Source: Nemertoderma westbladi (taxonomy: Eukaryota; Animalia; Xenacoelomorpha). Taken from it: a DNA stretch of 64,000 nt. The position numbers and the translations under genes were made by a program. Where the stretch lies: NCBI GenBank assembly GCA_032718475.1, contig JAUCBJ010002320.1:1-64000 (forward strand), in the 5' to 3' direction. A model generated the notes under the pieces. The model was given only the letters and a program-made list of their open reading frames with translations, ran no database searches and was not told where the DNA came from. Of this stretch, positions 1 through 12,749 are shown piece after piece; the stretch's first letter is position 1, and each line of letters starts with the position of its first letter.

Positions 1-3000
1 CCCCCAATCCCCCAGTCCTACACTCCCCCCAATCCCCCAGTCCTACACTCCCCCAATCCCCCAGTCCTACACTCCCCCAATCCCCCAGTCCTACACTCCC
101 CCAATCCCCCAGTCCTACACTCCCCCAATCCCCCAGTCCTACACTCCCCCAATCCCCCAGTCCTACACTCCCCCAATCCCCCAGTCCTACACTCCCCCAA
201 TCCCCCAGTCCTACACTCCCCCAATCCCCCAGTCCTACACTCCCCCAATCCCCCAGTCCTACACTCCCCCAATCCCCCAGTCCTACACTCCCCCAATCCC
301 CCAGTCCTACACTCCCCCAATCCCCCAGTCCTACACTCCCCCAATCCCCCAGTCCTACACTCCCCCAATCCCCCAGTCCTACACTCCCCCAATCCCCCAG
401 TCCTACACTCCCCCAATCCCCCAGTCCTACACTCCCCCAATCCCCCAGTCCTACACTCCCCCCAATCCCCCAGTCCTACACTCCCCCAATCCCCCAGTCC
501 TACACTCCCCCAATCCCCCAGTCCTACACTCCCCCAATCCCCCAGTCCTACACTCCCCCAATCCCCCAGTCCTACACTCCCCCAATCCCCCAGTCCTACA
601 CTCCCCCAATCCCCCAGTCCTACACTCCCCCAATCCCCCAGTCCTACACTCCCCCAATCCCCCAGTCCTACACTCCCCCAATCCCCCAGTCCTACACTCC
701 CCCAATCCCCCAGTCCTACACTCCCCCAATCCCCCAGTCCTACACTCCCCCAATCCCCCAGTCCTACACTCCCCCAATCCCCCAGTCCTACACTCCCCCA
801 ATCCCCCAGTCCTACACTCCCCCAATCCCCCAGTCCTACACTCCCCCAATCCCCCAGTCCTACACTCCCCCAATCCCCCAGTCCTACACTCCCCCAATCC
901 CCCAGTCCTACACTCCCCCAATCCCCCAGTCCTACACTCCCCCAATCCCCCAGTCCTACACTCCCCCAATCCCCCAGTCCTACACTCCCCCAATCCCCCA
1001 GTCCTACACTCCCCCAATCCCCCAGTCCTACACTCCCCCAATCCCCCAGTCCTACACTCCCCCAATCCCCCAGTCCTACACTCCCCCAATCCCCCAGTCC
1101 TACACTCCCCCAATCCCCCAGTCCTACACTCCCCCAATCCCCCAGTCCTACACTCCCCCAATCCCCCAGTCCTACACTCCCCCAATCCCCCAGTCCTACA
1201 CTCCCCCAATCCCCCAGTCCTACACTCCCCCAATCCCCCAGTCCTACACTCCCCCAATCCCCCAGTCCTACACTCCCCCAATCCCCCAGTCCTACACTCC
1301 CCCAATCCCCCAGTCCTACACTCCCCCAATCCCCCAGTCCTACACTCCCCCAATCCCCCAGTCCTACACTCCCCCAATCCCCCAGTCCTACACTCCCCCA
1401 ATCCCCCAGTCCTACACTCCCCCAATCCCCCAGTCCTACACTCCCCCAATCCCCCAGTCCTACACTCCCCCAATCCCCCAGTCCTACACTCCCCCAATCC
1501 CCCAGTCCTACACTCCCCCAATCCCCCAGTCCTACACTCCCCCAATCCCCCAGTCCTACACTCCCCCAATCCCCCAGTCCTACACTCCCCCAATCCCCCA
1601 GTCCTACACTCCCCCAATCCCCCAGTCCTACACTCCCCCAATCCCCCAGTCCTACACTCCCCCAATCCCCCAGTCCTACACTCCCCCAATCCCCCAGTCC
1701 TACACTCCCCCAATCCCCCAGTCCTACACTCCCCCAATCCCCCAGTCCTACACTCCCCCAATCCCCCAGTCCTACACTCCCCCAATCCCCCAGTCCTACA
1801 CTCCCCCAATCCCCCAGTCCTACACTCCCCCAATCCCCCAGTCCTACACTCCCCCAATCCCCCAGTCCTACACTCCCCCAATCCCCCAGTCCTACACTCC
1901 CCCAATCCCCCAGTCCTACACTCCCCCAATCCCCCAGTCCTACACTCCCCCAATCCCCCAGTCCTACACTCCCCCAATCCCCCAGTCCTACACTCCCCCA
2001 ATCCCCCAGTCCTACACTCCCCCAATCCCCCAGTCCTACACTCCCCCAATCCCCCAGTCCTACACTCCCCCAATCCCCCAGTCCTACACTCCCCCAATCC
2101 CCCAGTCCTACACTCCCCCAATCCCCCAGTCCTACACTCCCCCAATCCCCCAGTCCTACACTCCCCCAATCCCCCAGTCCTACACTCCCCCAATCCCCCA
2201 GTCCTACACTCCCCCAATCCCCCAGTCCTACACTCCCCCAATCCCCCAGTCCTACACTCCCCCAATCCCCCAGTCCTACACTCCCCCAATCCCCCAGTCC
2301 TACACTCCCCCAATCCCCCAGTCCTACACTCCCCCAATCCCCCAGTCCTACACTCCCCCAATCCCCCAGTCCTACACTCCCCCAATCCCCCAGTCCTACA
2401 CTCCCCCAATCCCCCAGTCCTACACTCCCCCAATCCCCCAGTCCTACACTCCCCCAATCCCCCAGTCCTACACTCCCCCAATCCCCCAGTCCTACACTCC
2501 CCCAATCCCCCAGTCCTACACTCCCCCAATCCCCCAGTCCTACACTCCCCCAATCCCCCAGTCCTACACTCCCCCAATCCCCCAGTCCTACACTCCCCCA
2601 ATCCCCCAGTCCTACACTCCCCCAATCCCCCAGTCCTACACTCCCCCAATCCCCCAGTCCTACACTCCCCCAATCCCCCAGTCCTACACTCCCCCAATCC
2701 CCCAGTCCTACACTCCCCCAATCCCCCAGTCCTACACTCCCCCAATCCCCCAGTCCTACACTCCCCCAATCCCCCAGTCCTACACTCCCCCAATCCCCCA
2801 GTCCTACACTCCCCCAATCCCCCAGTCCTACACTCCCCCAATCCCCCAGTCCTACACTCCCCCAATCCCCCAGTCCTACACTCCCCCAATCCCCCAGTCC
2901 TACACTCCCCCAATCCCCCAGTCCTACACTCCCCCAATCCCCCAGTCCTACACTCCCCCAATCCCCCAGTCCTACACTCCCCCAATCCCCCAGTCCTACA

Positions 3001-3860
3001 CTCCCCCAATCCCCCAGTCCTACACTCCCCCAATCCCCCAGTCCTACACTCCCCCAATCCCCCAGTCCTACACTCCCCCAATCCCCCAGTCCTACACTCC
3101 CCCAATCCCCCAGTCCTACACTCCCCCAATCCCCCAGTCCTACACTCCCCCAATCCCCCAGTCCTACACTCCCCCAATCCCCCAGTCCTACACTCCCCCA
3201 ATCCCCCAGTCCTACACTCCCCCAATCCCCCAGTCCTACACTCCCCCAATCCCCCAGTCCTACACTCCCCCAATCCCCCAGTCCTACACTCCCCCAATCC
3301 CCCAGTCCTACACTCCCCCAATCCCCCAGTCCTACACTCCCCCAATCCCCCAGTCCTACACTCCCCCAATCCCCCAGTCCTACACTCCCCCAATCCCCCA
3401 GTCCTACACTCCCCCAATCCCCCAGTCCTACACTCCCCCAATCCCCCAGTCCTACACTCCCCCAATCCCCCAGTCCTACACTCCCCCAATCCCCCAGTCC
3501 TACACTCCCCCAATCCCCCAGTCCTACACTCCCCCAATCCCCCAGTCCTACACTCCCCCAATCCCCCAGTCCTACACTCCCCCAATCCCCCAGTCCTACA
3601 CTCCCCCAATCCCCCAGTCCTACACTCCCCCAATCCCCCAGTCCTACACTCCCCCAATCCCCCAGTCCTACACTCCCCCAATCCCCCAGTCCTACACTCC
3701 CCCAATCCCCCAGTCCTACACTCCCCCAATCCCCCAGTCCTACACTCCCCCAATCCCCCAGTCCTACACTCCCCCAATCCCCCAGTCCTACACTCCCCCA
3801 ATCCCCCAGTCCTACACTCCCCCAATCCCCCAGTCCTACACTCCCCCCAATCCCCCAGTC
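1..3860. repeat. 24-bp tandem array (CCCCCAAT-CCCCCAGT-CCTACACT)n, about 160 copies; candidate non-canonical telomere or satellite
   Basis: Unit read directly; near-perfect copies, with the only visible variants being C-run length (near 26, 460, 3845); C-rich on +, G-rich on -; runs off the window start. Confidence 0.97.
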
Positions 3861-3899
3861 ATGAGAGGGTATCTACTGTAAAACATTAAAATATCTTCT

Positions 3900-4843
3900 G
3901 CTATATAATTTGTAACTAGTGCATTACATTTGGCTGCGGACCGTACAATTCCAAAAATAAAAGGTCCTCGCAACAATGCGAAGTCGAAGAACGTGCCTGG
4001 ATGGAACGAGTTCCTGAAGGACAAATACAATGAATCGAAATTATTTTTCAGTATATGGCGCACTCACTCAATTATTGTAAATATTAAAATATCTAAGTTT
4101 ATGTCTATAGTACCTAAATCACATAATCAGAACTAGTAGGTAGTGTATCTATTAACGGTATCAGACTTGAAACTGTAACTAAATATAAACTTAGGGCACG
4201 TGCTCCACAATACTACAGACGATAGCTTCGACATCCTCAATCAGTTATCTAGTCTATACAGAAGGGGGAATTTCTTAATTAGGAAGTTTTTCCACTGCTC
4301 TAAGAACATTAAAGTGTATTTCGTGCCTTTTGCACCCAGGTTTACTGCAACGCATTATGGGCAAGACGGAATTACACTCTTTCCATCTTTGATAAATTCC
4401 GCCTAGCTTATAACAATATCATTAGGAAACTTTTTGGCTTCAAATTTGATTGCAGTGTTTCATACATGTGTGGAGTACTCAATCTCCCCAAAGTCATTCA
4501 TATCCGTCACAGTGCCCGTGAGTCATTATTGCATCGTGTGAGAGAGTCCCAGAACAGCCTTGTCCAAACCGTAACTTATGCAACGTTCCAGACGAGTCGT
4601 ATCATTGGTGTAGACAATGATATTTAATTTATTCACCGTTTTCATTGTACATGTAATTTATTATTTATTGTGCTTTTCGGATCGGGGCCCTAATATATAT
4701 ATATATTTTTCTTTTTTTTTACATATTTACATCTAACATGATTTATCTAATTGTGCTTACTGTTCTATACTTTATTATAATGTATGTTTTTATGGGCTTT
4801 CCTACGGGCCTGGTATAAAGAATTAAATAAATAAATAAATAAT
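3900..4843 (+). mobile_element. Degenerate, internally deleted non-LTR retrotransposon (LINE ORF2 remnant)
   Basis: Peptides RTIPK...VPGWNEFLKDKY and LGHVLHNTTDDSFDILNQLSSLYRRGNFLIRKF...LAYNNIIRKLFG are typical of LINE ORF2 inter-domain and post-RT regions; (TAAA)n tail at about 4824-4843. Confidence 0.7.
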
Positions 4844-6847
4844 ACCATTAACATAAATCAATGTACATTATTGTGCCACATTAGGGCACACTGACGGATT
4901 CTTCACGAGTTAAGCAAACGTAGCAATCGCCGTGAGTGTCGCTAACGTCAGGATTTGTTTTTATATAATATATTGAATGCACACTCAGACATCACTGTTT
5001 CCAAAGAAACAATTGTTCCATAATTTTTACTATAGTTTTCTAAGTTGGTTCTATAGAATGTGAATACATTTATAATCTAACAAAAGTCAGAATCTTCTTC
5101 CTGCAAAACTTTTATTACACCAATTTTCGTATTAATGACTATTTATTGTACGGTAAATAAAATATGCTTTATTTACCGTTCGTCCCGAGATCTGTTTTTT
5201 TTAATAAGTCGGATCGAGGGGCGACAAGGTAAATAACGTGTTGTATATTTATCGTACAATATGTAATTTTATTGTTAAAACATCCTAATTACTGCATTAT
5301 AATTATTAAAAGATATTTTTGTTTAATAAGTAATTAAATATTGCATCAGTTGCAACGCAGCGTCGTCCTTATTGTGATTTGTTGATACCAATGCAATGGA
5401 AAGGTGTCGTTGAAAGGATTCCAAATTTAAAATAAGTATTAATGTCGTTGATAAATAGCTGAGAAATGGGCGTTCAAAAAGTGCAGAACTCTGCATCCGA
5501 TACAGCCTGCAGGGCAGGCCATTTATTATATTTAATAAATACATAATATTCTGGAACATATTATTTATTTGAAGATTATTAATTACTTTATGTTATTTTA
5601 CTAGTCATAGCTACTGATTCAATAAATATAATGTCCAAGAATAGTATTTATTCAGTATAAAGTTGACTGATTGAAGAGCAATAATCCCCATTGAGTAATA
5701 GGTTAATAATGCTTATATTATTTACCGGTCGCCCATTGACTGAGCGGTAAATAATGTAAATTTTAACAATAAAATTTATATAATATATTTTTATAAAATA
5801 TGATACTTCTGAAATAAATGAGAGGCCTTAATATGTCTACAAAACGCCAAAATTTGCAATAACTACCTGTACCTGACCGTGTTTGTTAAATTTGTTAATA
5901 TTAAAAATCAAAAGTTTTCCACTTAGTTTGTTTTCGACTCTTTTTGTCAGTTTAATATCTTTTTCTCTCCGTTTTCTTCTATTATTGGGGTGGATTAAGT
6001 AACAGTTTGGTTCTGGGTATGTTCGGTTAGTTTGGTATGGCATATTAGATTGACAAGTTCCCCAACGCAAACCAAACCCAAAACGAACCCCAACCAATTC
6101 CTAATCAAAATGTTAATTCGAATTAAGTCACTACATTAAGAGAGAGGGTGTACAAGTCAAGTTGTTGTTGGTGTGGTGTCACTCACATGCAATTCTACTT
6201 AGGTATTTATTACAAGTGATTGACCATGCGACTATTATATATTATATAGCTTTATTAATATTTATATTGACTGGCATTCATTCCCTTTTATACTTCATTG
6301 GCTTTCACTACAAATTATCATATTAAAATGGATCAACATGAAGTCATAAGTATATTATTTTACATAACCAAAATAAAGTTTTCATTAATTCTGCATTGTG
6401 TACACTTGTCATTCTAATTAGCGGAATAAACTTTTCAATATAAATAAAACTACATTCTGCTTTCTGTTGATGTAACGTTACAAGTTGATGCAAATCCGTA
6501 AATAATACGCATTTGCATGTATCACTGTATTTCTTGTGCATTATTAATATAAACGCAACCATAATTTGAACTTATGTTAATCAATCCATTTCAGTTAAAA
6601 ATGGTGGAAAATGATTGTTTTGTGAGAAAATCGACTTTGAAGTTTTTGAGATAAACGCGTTTTCAATGAAAAATTCAAACACTGCCGCCAATTAAATATC
6701 TTCGTTCTTTAACAACGTTTTGAAAATTGTTTTTAAATTTGTCTTTTTTTTGAGAATTTTTACTGAAATTATTAGAATTTTGAAAATAAGTTGAATTAAT
6801 GGGCCAAAATTCTACAAATCGTAATAAGATTGCATAAAATTTGAAAT

Positions 6848-8730
6848 GGTGTTGTCGCATTTCGGCAACAATAGCGATTCGGCAAAATAGTCACGATTCG
6901 GCAAAATAGTCGCGATTCGGCAAAAAAGTTACGTTTCAGTAAAAAGTTAAAGTTTCGTTTCAAAAAAGTTACATTTCAATATTACCGTAGTATTCTTTAT
7001 TGCAGGATTGTCAGTGTTGACTAGAGTTCACTGTACACTACCATCAATACACTTTAAATATAAAATACAATAGCCCTTTCGTTAGTTACAGTGCCATTAA
7101 TAGTTTGTATTTCGCGGGATATAGAATAGGGCTTAGTGTTGTATGTCAGCATGATGGATATAGTCAGAATAGGGTCTAGTGTTGTATGTAGTATGTCAGC
7201 ATCAACCATGAATTTGAGTTTAAAGTATCTTATCTGAAATAAGGAGATGCAATTAGAGTACCTTTGAATAGCATCCCGGTTCTGATCTTAATGGCTTTAT
7301 TATTTCACTCACTCACTACGTTCGTTCATGTAACAAACCACTCGAGCCCCAGCTCACTCTAAATTGCTCCTTTTGAGGTATTAGTGAATAACAATTCAGC
7401 ACAAATAATTCACGCGTATTCCTAAAGAACAAATTAGATAGCAAATTACAGCTGCTGATAAAATATTATTGAATTCAACCATTTATTAATATAATCTGAA
7501 TAATATACAGTAGGGTGTTGTCGCGTTTCAGGCAACTGATAGTAACGTTAGTGCCGCGTTTCGGCAACTAATAGTCGCGTTTCGGCGACATGGTAACAAA
7601 GTTACGTTTTGGCAACTGAGTGATGCATTTCGGCAACTCATAGTTGCATTACGGCAACTTTTAATAGGATGCAATTAGGCAAACTGACAGATGCGTTTCA
7701 GCAATGGCCAACTGGATACTGTATAGAGCCTACAGTATAGAGATAGGTAGAATCTCAACGTCATCATCATCGAATTGTATCAACAACATATGGCAGAGCA
7801 AACAGCAAATCAGTATTATTTATTACCTTTGCCTCAATACGTTTCCCATTATTCATTTTCATTCTACATTATTTTACCCACGCCTACTCCAACACTACTT
7901 CGAGTTATATAGAAACTGATGTTATTAATTCCATATAATTATTGTCTACATATTATTCGAAATATTATAAGTCTATTAATTCAACCTGATATTATAATTC
8001 AATCTGATATAAATTCATGCAGTAGGCCTACTATGTTTATCTATTCCCCTTTTCAATTTTGGTTTTTCTACTCGCGTTCGACTCAGTAGATAGAGTTATT
8101 TTATTTAGAATCCGACATATCTCAGGATCAGTTTGAGACCAAAATGGAGAGCGTACAATGATTAGTTCTAATTTTAGGTTAGTTTGAGTAACAGCTGTCC
8201 AGCGTCACGGACGGAACGTCATGGGTGGAAAAAAAATCCACATTTATCAATCAGACGACAAAATCATATTTTATCACTGCCAATGTGCTGTGCAAACCAG
8301 CAATGTACACATATAAATGACCAATTAACAACTCAGCCATCAATAACTATAAGTAACTTTTAAACTTGTCATCATTTATCATTTACTTACATAATGAATG
8401 TAGTCTAAGTTACATTACATAGGCGGGATTGTGACCTAGTTGCCGAAACGCAACTTCAGTTCGCCGAAATGCAACTACGAGTTGCCGAAATGCAACTACG
8501 AGTTGCCGAAACACAAATATAGCAGTTGGTGAAACGTAATTGTTCAGTTGCCGAAACGCGAATTTGAGTTGCCTAAACGTGACAGTTGCCGAAACGCGAT
8601 GTAACCTACAGTAACACCCTAGTATTTATCTATCTTATTTTGCCGAAAGCCAACTTTTTCTGCCGAATCACAACTTTTTGCCGAATCACGACTGTTGCTG
8701 CATCGCGACAGTTGGCGAAATACGACGTAG
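6848..8730. mobile_element. Nested non-autonomous foldback/MITE-like DNA elements with subterminal tandem repeats
   Basis: Outer arms (gattcggcaaaa)n at about 6860-6930 mirror (tttttgccgaatc)n at about 8635-8730; the inner element 7513-8619 has ta-gggtgtt...aacaccc-ta ends and (tttcggcaact)n / (agttgccgaaa)n arms. Confidence 0.6.
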
Positions 8731-9103
8731 TTTTTAAATAGTGTCTCCTTATCATTGATTCATGGCGGAGTCTAACATGACATCAAATTATCACGTTGTG
8801 CGTCGGATATTGTGCATGCGCCGTGATGAGCCATTAGATTCCTGACAGAACTGGTTCAAGCAGTAGCTACTTGTTTTCTCTTGTTCTGTAACAAAGCGCT
8901 TCGCTGCACATTAATTGGTTATACTTCTTATATATATGTATGACTTTTGGTGCTTTTGTTTGTTTAAACATTCATAGATAGAACAAAGTAAATATGTAAT
9001 TTGGATAGACTTAGGGCGAACAATGCTATAGAAAGCAATTGAAATGAACAATGCGGATCCTCTAAAGATTACAAATAAATATTTAAATTACAAAATGTAC
9101 ATG

Positions 9104-9552
9104 AGTAGTATATGTTTGTAGTCCCTTGCGCCAAAGTCACCCATAGCCCATCATTACCATCCATTTCTACTCCTTCCTCCAATCAGAAGCCACCATTTCA
9201 ACTTTTACCAGTGGTCGTTATTATTTCATCCAATCAGATGCCAGCATTTCAACCGTAACCATGGTAACTTCAAGTTCCCGCATATTCCGCTAGAGGCGTT
9301 ATTAGTCACCCAACGCTACTCCTTCCTCCAATCATAAGCCTTTATCTTAGAGGCGCTACGAGTGTCTACAGGTAACTTCTACTATTTTTCATTTCGTAAT
9401 TTTTCACCAGTAACTAAATTTAATTTCGCAATTTTTCAGATAACAAAATATTCAACTGGGTTCGAACTCGGGACTGTTATAACTCCTCACAACTCACCAC
9501 TCACTCTTCCATCCAACCTCGAGAGAAAAAGGCGATAAACATCCGAGTTATA
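9104..9552 (+). repeat. Left terminal inverted repeat of the Polinton
   Basis: Reverse complement of 27277-27901 (e.g. ccatttctactccttcctccaatcagaagcc; gggttcgaactcggga...tccgagttata). Confidence 0.93.
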
Positions 9553-10266
9553 ACAAAATATTCATTCGATGATATGATATGATATTGTACTGTACAGTAC
9601 GTAGCCTAACCTAACCATCCTATCGTATACCTACCGTAGCTATGATGGTTATTCTTCCTTTCACTTTTTTCTCTCCCTCTCTCTCTCTTTAGTGTTGTTT
9701 GTTATTGATTGATTGTTGTCAACTCAATGATTTCTTATCCACCCACCCACCCGCTACTTGTCCACGTTGCTGTACCATCGTGTTTTACCACAATTCTCCA
9801 CTCACTCTTCCATCCAACCACGAGAGAAAAAGGCAATAAATATCTGAGTTATACCATAGCCATTGAATTCTTCATCTTCAACACTGGTAGCAGATGTTTA
9901 TAAATAGCTTCTAGTTCCTTAACATAATTACTATAGCATAGAATACATTAATTCGACTATTAATAATAATTGATTTCTTTTATCGTTGTATATATGTGAC
10001 TGCTCGGTCAACTAAGTTGAATATAAGTTAGAATGATAGGACTAGCATTGTTCACGTTGCATCTGTTACTCGTTACTGCTATTTCACTCTCTAACTCACA
10101 CTAATGTAATAATTTTAGCTGTACACGTTGCATCTGTTACACGAAACTACTATATTATTCACTGTAAGTTACTCTGTTGTAATAAAGCAACCATATAAAC
10201 CGAAGTTTTACAATCTAATAATCATTTATTTAGTTTTTATTTTTCAAAATAGTTTTCATTCTAATT

Positions 10267-11310
10267 ATGGATTTATTTAAAAAAAGTTCAAACAATACTT
10301 GGAAATTTACATGTAATAAATATACCTGTAGTATTGTTTATGGCAAGTACTTTATATTACACTCAAGCGATAGCAATGTAACAACATGCTTCTCTTACTG
10401 GGATACACTCTACCTTCTAGACATCTTAGAAATATTAATCAACCGACAAAAGGAATCATCAGTTTCAAGAGGTAATATTTATCCTAATATAGAATTTACA
10501 AGAGGAGAGTTAAATATTTCCACCTGTGTTATTACTGAAAACGTATATATTCAGAAGCGAGGCAAATGTCAAATTCTAAACAAATCACTCATTAATTTAT
10601 TGCTTCAGAGTAAGACAGAAATATTAGAATTGTTATCACCACCACTCGAAATAATAAATCAGTGTTCTGTTGTTAATTTAACCAACCCATCTTTTGTTGG
10701 TTTTGTAAGCAAATATAAAGGAACGGCTTATATGGGACTATGGGAGATTTCAGCTAGATATTCTGATGCTATTGGTCTTAGGTATTATAATGGGTTTAAC
10801 TTAACAGCTTCGGAAGTAAATTCATTGTTGTATGAAAGGAATTATGAAATTAGTAACGAAGGTGTCTTTTCAGAGCTAGATACGAGCGATAAAGCTTTAT
10901 CTGACCGACTTAAAGTAAAAATAAATGTACAAGAAAAAAAAGTAATTATTACAGACAAGGAAAGCAAATATTTACAGTTATATTACGATAAAGACATACC
11001 ACATATAGAGTTTCTCAACGATATGATGGAAAAGGTTTCATCAACTGATATAGCAGACGGTTTCGCGATTCTATATCAACCAACTTGGAAGTTTAAGGTT
11101 AATAAGTCATTTCCAGAAGCAGTTTCATCCACATTTAATCCAAAGACATACATCGAAGAGACATCGAGTGATAGAAAGCGCAGATCTACGTCTCAAACAT
11201 CTTCCAATCCCAACAATGATTCTATACCTACAAAGAAAAGAAAAGTTACAAAAGCAAGTGAAGAGGTAGCAGATTACAATAAGGAACATATAAAAGCAGT
11301 ATCAGATTGA
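10267..11310 (+). CDS. Polinton accessory protein (347 aa) with a possible PC4-like ssDNA-binding domain and a basic NLS-like C-terminus
   Basis: Intact ORF with TATA-like TATAAA at about 10194; segment GFVSKYKGTAYMGLWE...NGFNLTASEVNSLL resembles the PC4 pattern VREFKGKVLIDIRE...KGISLNPEQWSQL; KKRK motif. Confidence 0.6.
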   Translation: MDLFKKSSNNTWKFTCNKYTCSIVYGKYFILHSSDSNVTTCFSYWDTLYLLDILEILINRQKESSVSRGNIYPNIEFTRGELNISTCVITENVYIQKRGKCQILNKSLINLLLQSKTEILELLSPPLEIINQCSVVNLTNPSFVGFVSKYKGTAYMGLWEISARYSDAIGLRYYNGFNLTASEVNSLLYERNYEISNEGVFSELDTSDKALSDRLKVKINVQEKKVIITDKESKYLQLYYDKDIPHIEFLNDMMEKVSSTDIADGFAILYQPTWKFKVNKSFPEAVSSTFNPKTYIEETSSDRKRRSTSQTSSNPNNDSIPTKKRKVTKASEEVADYNKEHIKAVSD

Positions 11311-11854
11311 TTTATTATTAACTAGAGACTTTTTTTTTCAGTTTCACACTGACTAGTAAAGGTAACTTTTTAACACAAAGCATGATTATTATAAAGTATT
11401 TGCATGTAAAGGTGACTTTATTGAGTAAATATTGGTGATAGTTTATATTTAATGTGAGCATGGGATTAGGTATTCAACATTCGCATGTAAATGCATGAGT
11501 TTACACCTGATATTATAATAAAACCTACTTTAACAATGAAAATTAAAAACGCATTATGCACATCTTGGTTTAGACTTGATTTTATTATAAAGAATTCAGT
11601 TGTAAAAGCAACTTTATTTATGATATTAGTTTCCAATGTAACTGTTATTTATGATTGGTTGGTATAAGTAGAAACTTGAAATATATATAAAGAGCTCAAC
11701 TGATTCAATCGAGCTCATTCTGAAAATATTAAATTAATTAAAGTTTAGATATTATATTTTATTTGTGTTGAGTAGCTTATGAATTTTTTTTTGATTATAT
11801 ATATATATAACAATATTCATATTAATTTTAAATTGTTTTTAGGCTAATAAAGAG

Positions 11855-12670
11855 ATGGATAAACAATTGAAATGTCCATTTTGTCCTCTTCAAATTTCTA
11901 AACATAACTATTTATCTCATCTGAAGTCACATTTTTATGTTTATTCTTGTTTTAATTGTCATGTTTCAACTCCACGCGAAGAAATTTGCAAACGACATGA
12001 ATCAACTACGGGTTGTAAAGAAATGAAGTTTTGCGTGTATGAAAAAACTTGCCCTACTTGTAATAAAGAGTATTTATATGAGAATTATTTACGTCACGAC
12101 TGTCACCAACGTTATTATCATGTTAGACCACCACGACGGAACCAAAACAATACTGTCGCATCTAGAAAAAGACTGAAATCTGGTCAAGGTCCATCAATTT
12201 TTAGCCTCGAACGAGCCGCACACGATAACTGTTTAGAAATCTATATTTACAATCTTCCGAATGATGAAGATTTTCCTGATATTCATTCATCGATACTAAA
12301 AATTCTACCTTACATCCAAACGTTATTATTAGGAAAACTTAGCGAAATGAATGTACTTAGACCCTGGCTAGGTGTGAATATACTCATGTATCGATCACAT
12401 TTTTCAGAGGGAGACCAAGAAGAAACTTTCTATTTTAGTTCTTCAGGTGGTGCAGTTAATACCGTAGATTCACATGAAAGTTTCTATATTTGGTTTGAGT
12501 ATGTACTAGAAAAATTAATGCAAAAAATAGCCATGTTTAACACTCATGGCTCAGGGTGGCGCGTTAAATCTTTATTAAGAGTGGAAATTAAAGTAGCTGA
12601 ATCCAAGTCTAAGTCACTGGAATATAAAGGTCACGGTTATATGGAGTTACCTAAAGGCTCTATCGAGTAA
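11855..12670 (+). CDS. N-terminal part of Polinton pPolB (C2H2-like zinc fingers plus terminal-protein region with GSGW motif), separated from the rest by a frameshift
   Basis: CPFC...HLKSH and CFNC...H fingers; FNTHGSGWRVKSL and GYMELPK motifs; the continuation LSSKRYVINIQTADNDCFKWAI lies in the next frame from about 12660. Confidence 0.85.
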   Translation: MDKQLKCPFCPLQISKHNYLSHLKSHFYVYSCFNCHVSTPREEICKRHESTTGCKEMKFCVYEKTCPTCNKEYLYENYLRHDCHQRYYHVRPPRRNQNNTVASRKRLKSGQGPSIFSLERAAHDNCLEIYIYNLPNDEDFPDIHSSILKILPYIQTLLLGKLSEMNVLRPWLGVNILMYRSHFSEGDQEETFYFSSSGGAVNTVDSHESFYIWFEYVLEKLMQKIAMFNTHGSGWRVKSLLRVEIKVAESKSKSLEYKGHGYMELPKGSIE

Positions 12671-12749
12671 ACGATATGTTATAAATATACAAACGGCTGA
12701 TAATGACTGTTTCAAATGGGCTATTATAGCCACAACATTTAGTAGCAAA

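Noticed and set aside
18-3825. 140-aa and 1124-aa (GLGECRTG)n ORFs
   Set aside because: Translation of a stop-free 24-bp repeat; no synonymous variation, no ATG start, frame broken by C-run changes
1-3860. CRISPR array (also considered for 48835-49057 and 61520-64000)
   Set aside because: Head-to-tail repeats with no unique spacers, no cas genes, eukaryotic context
9450-9480. tRNA gene suggested by GGTTCGAAC
   Set aside because: No A-box or cloverleaf around it; kept only as a B-box-like motif
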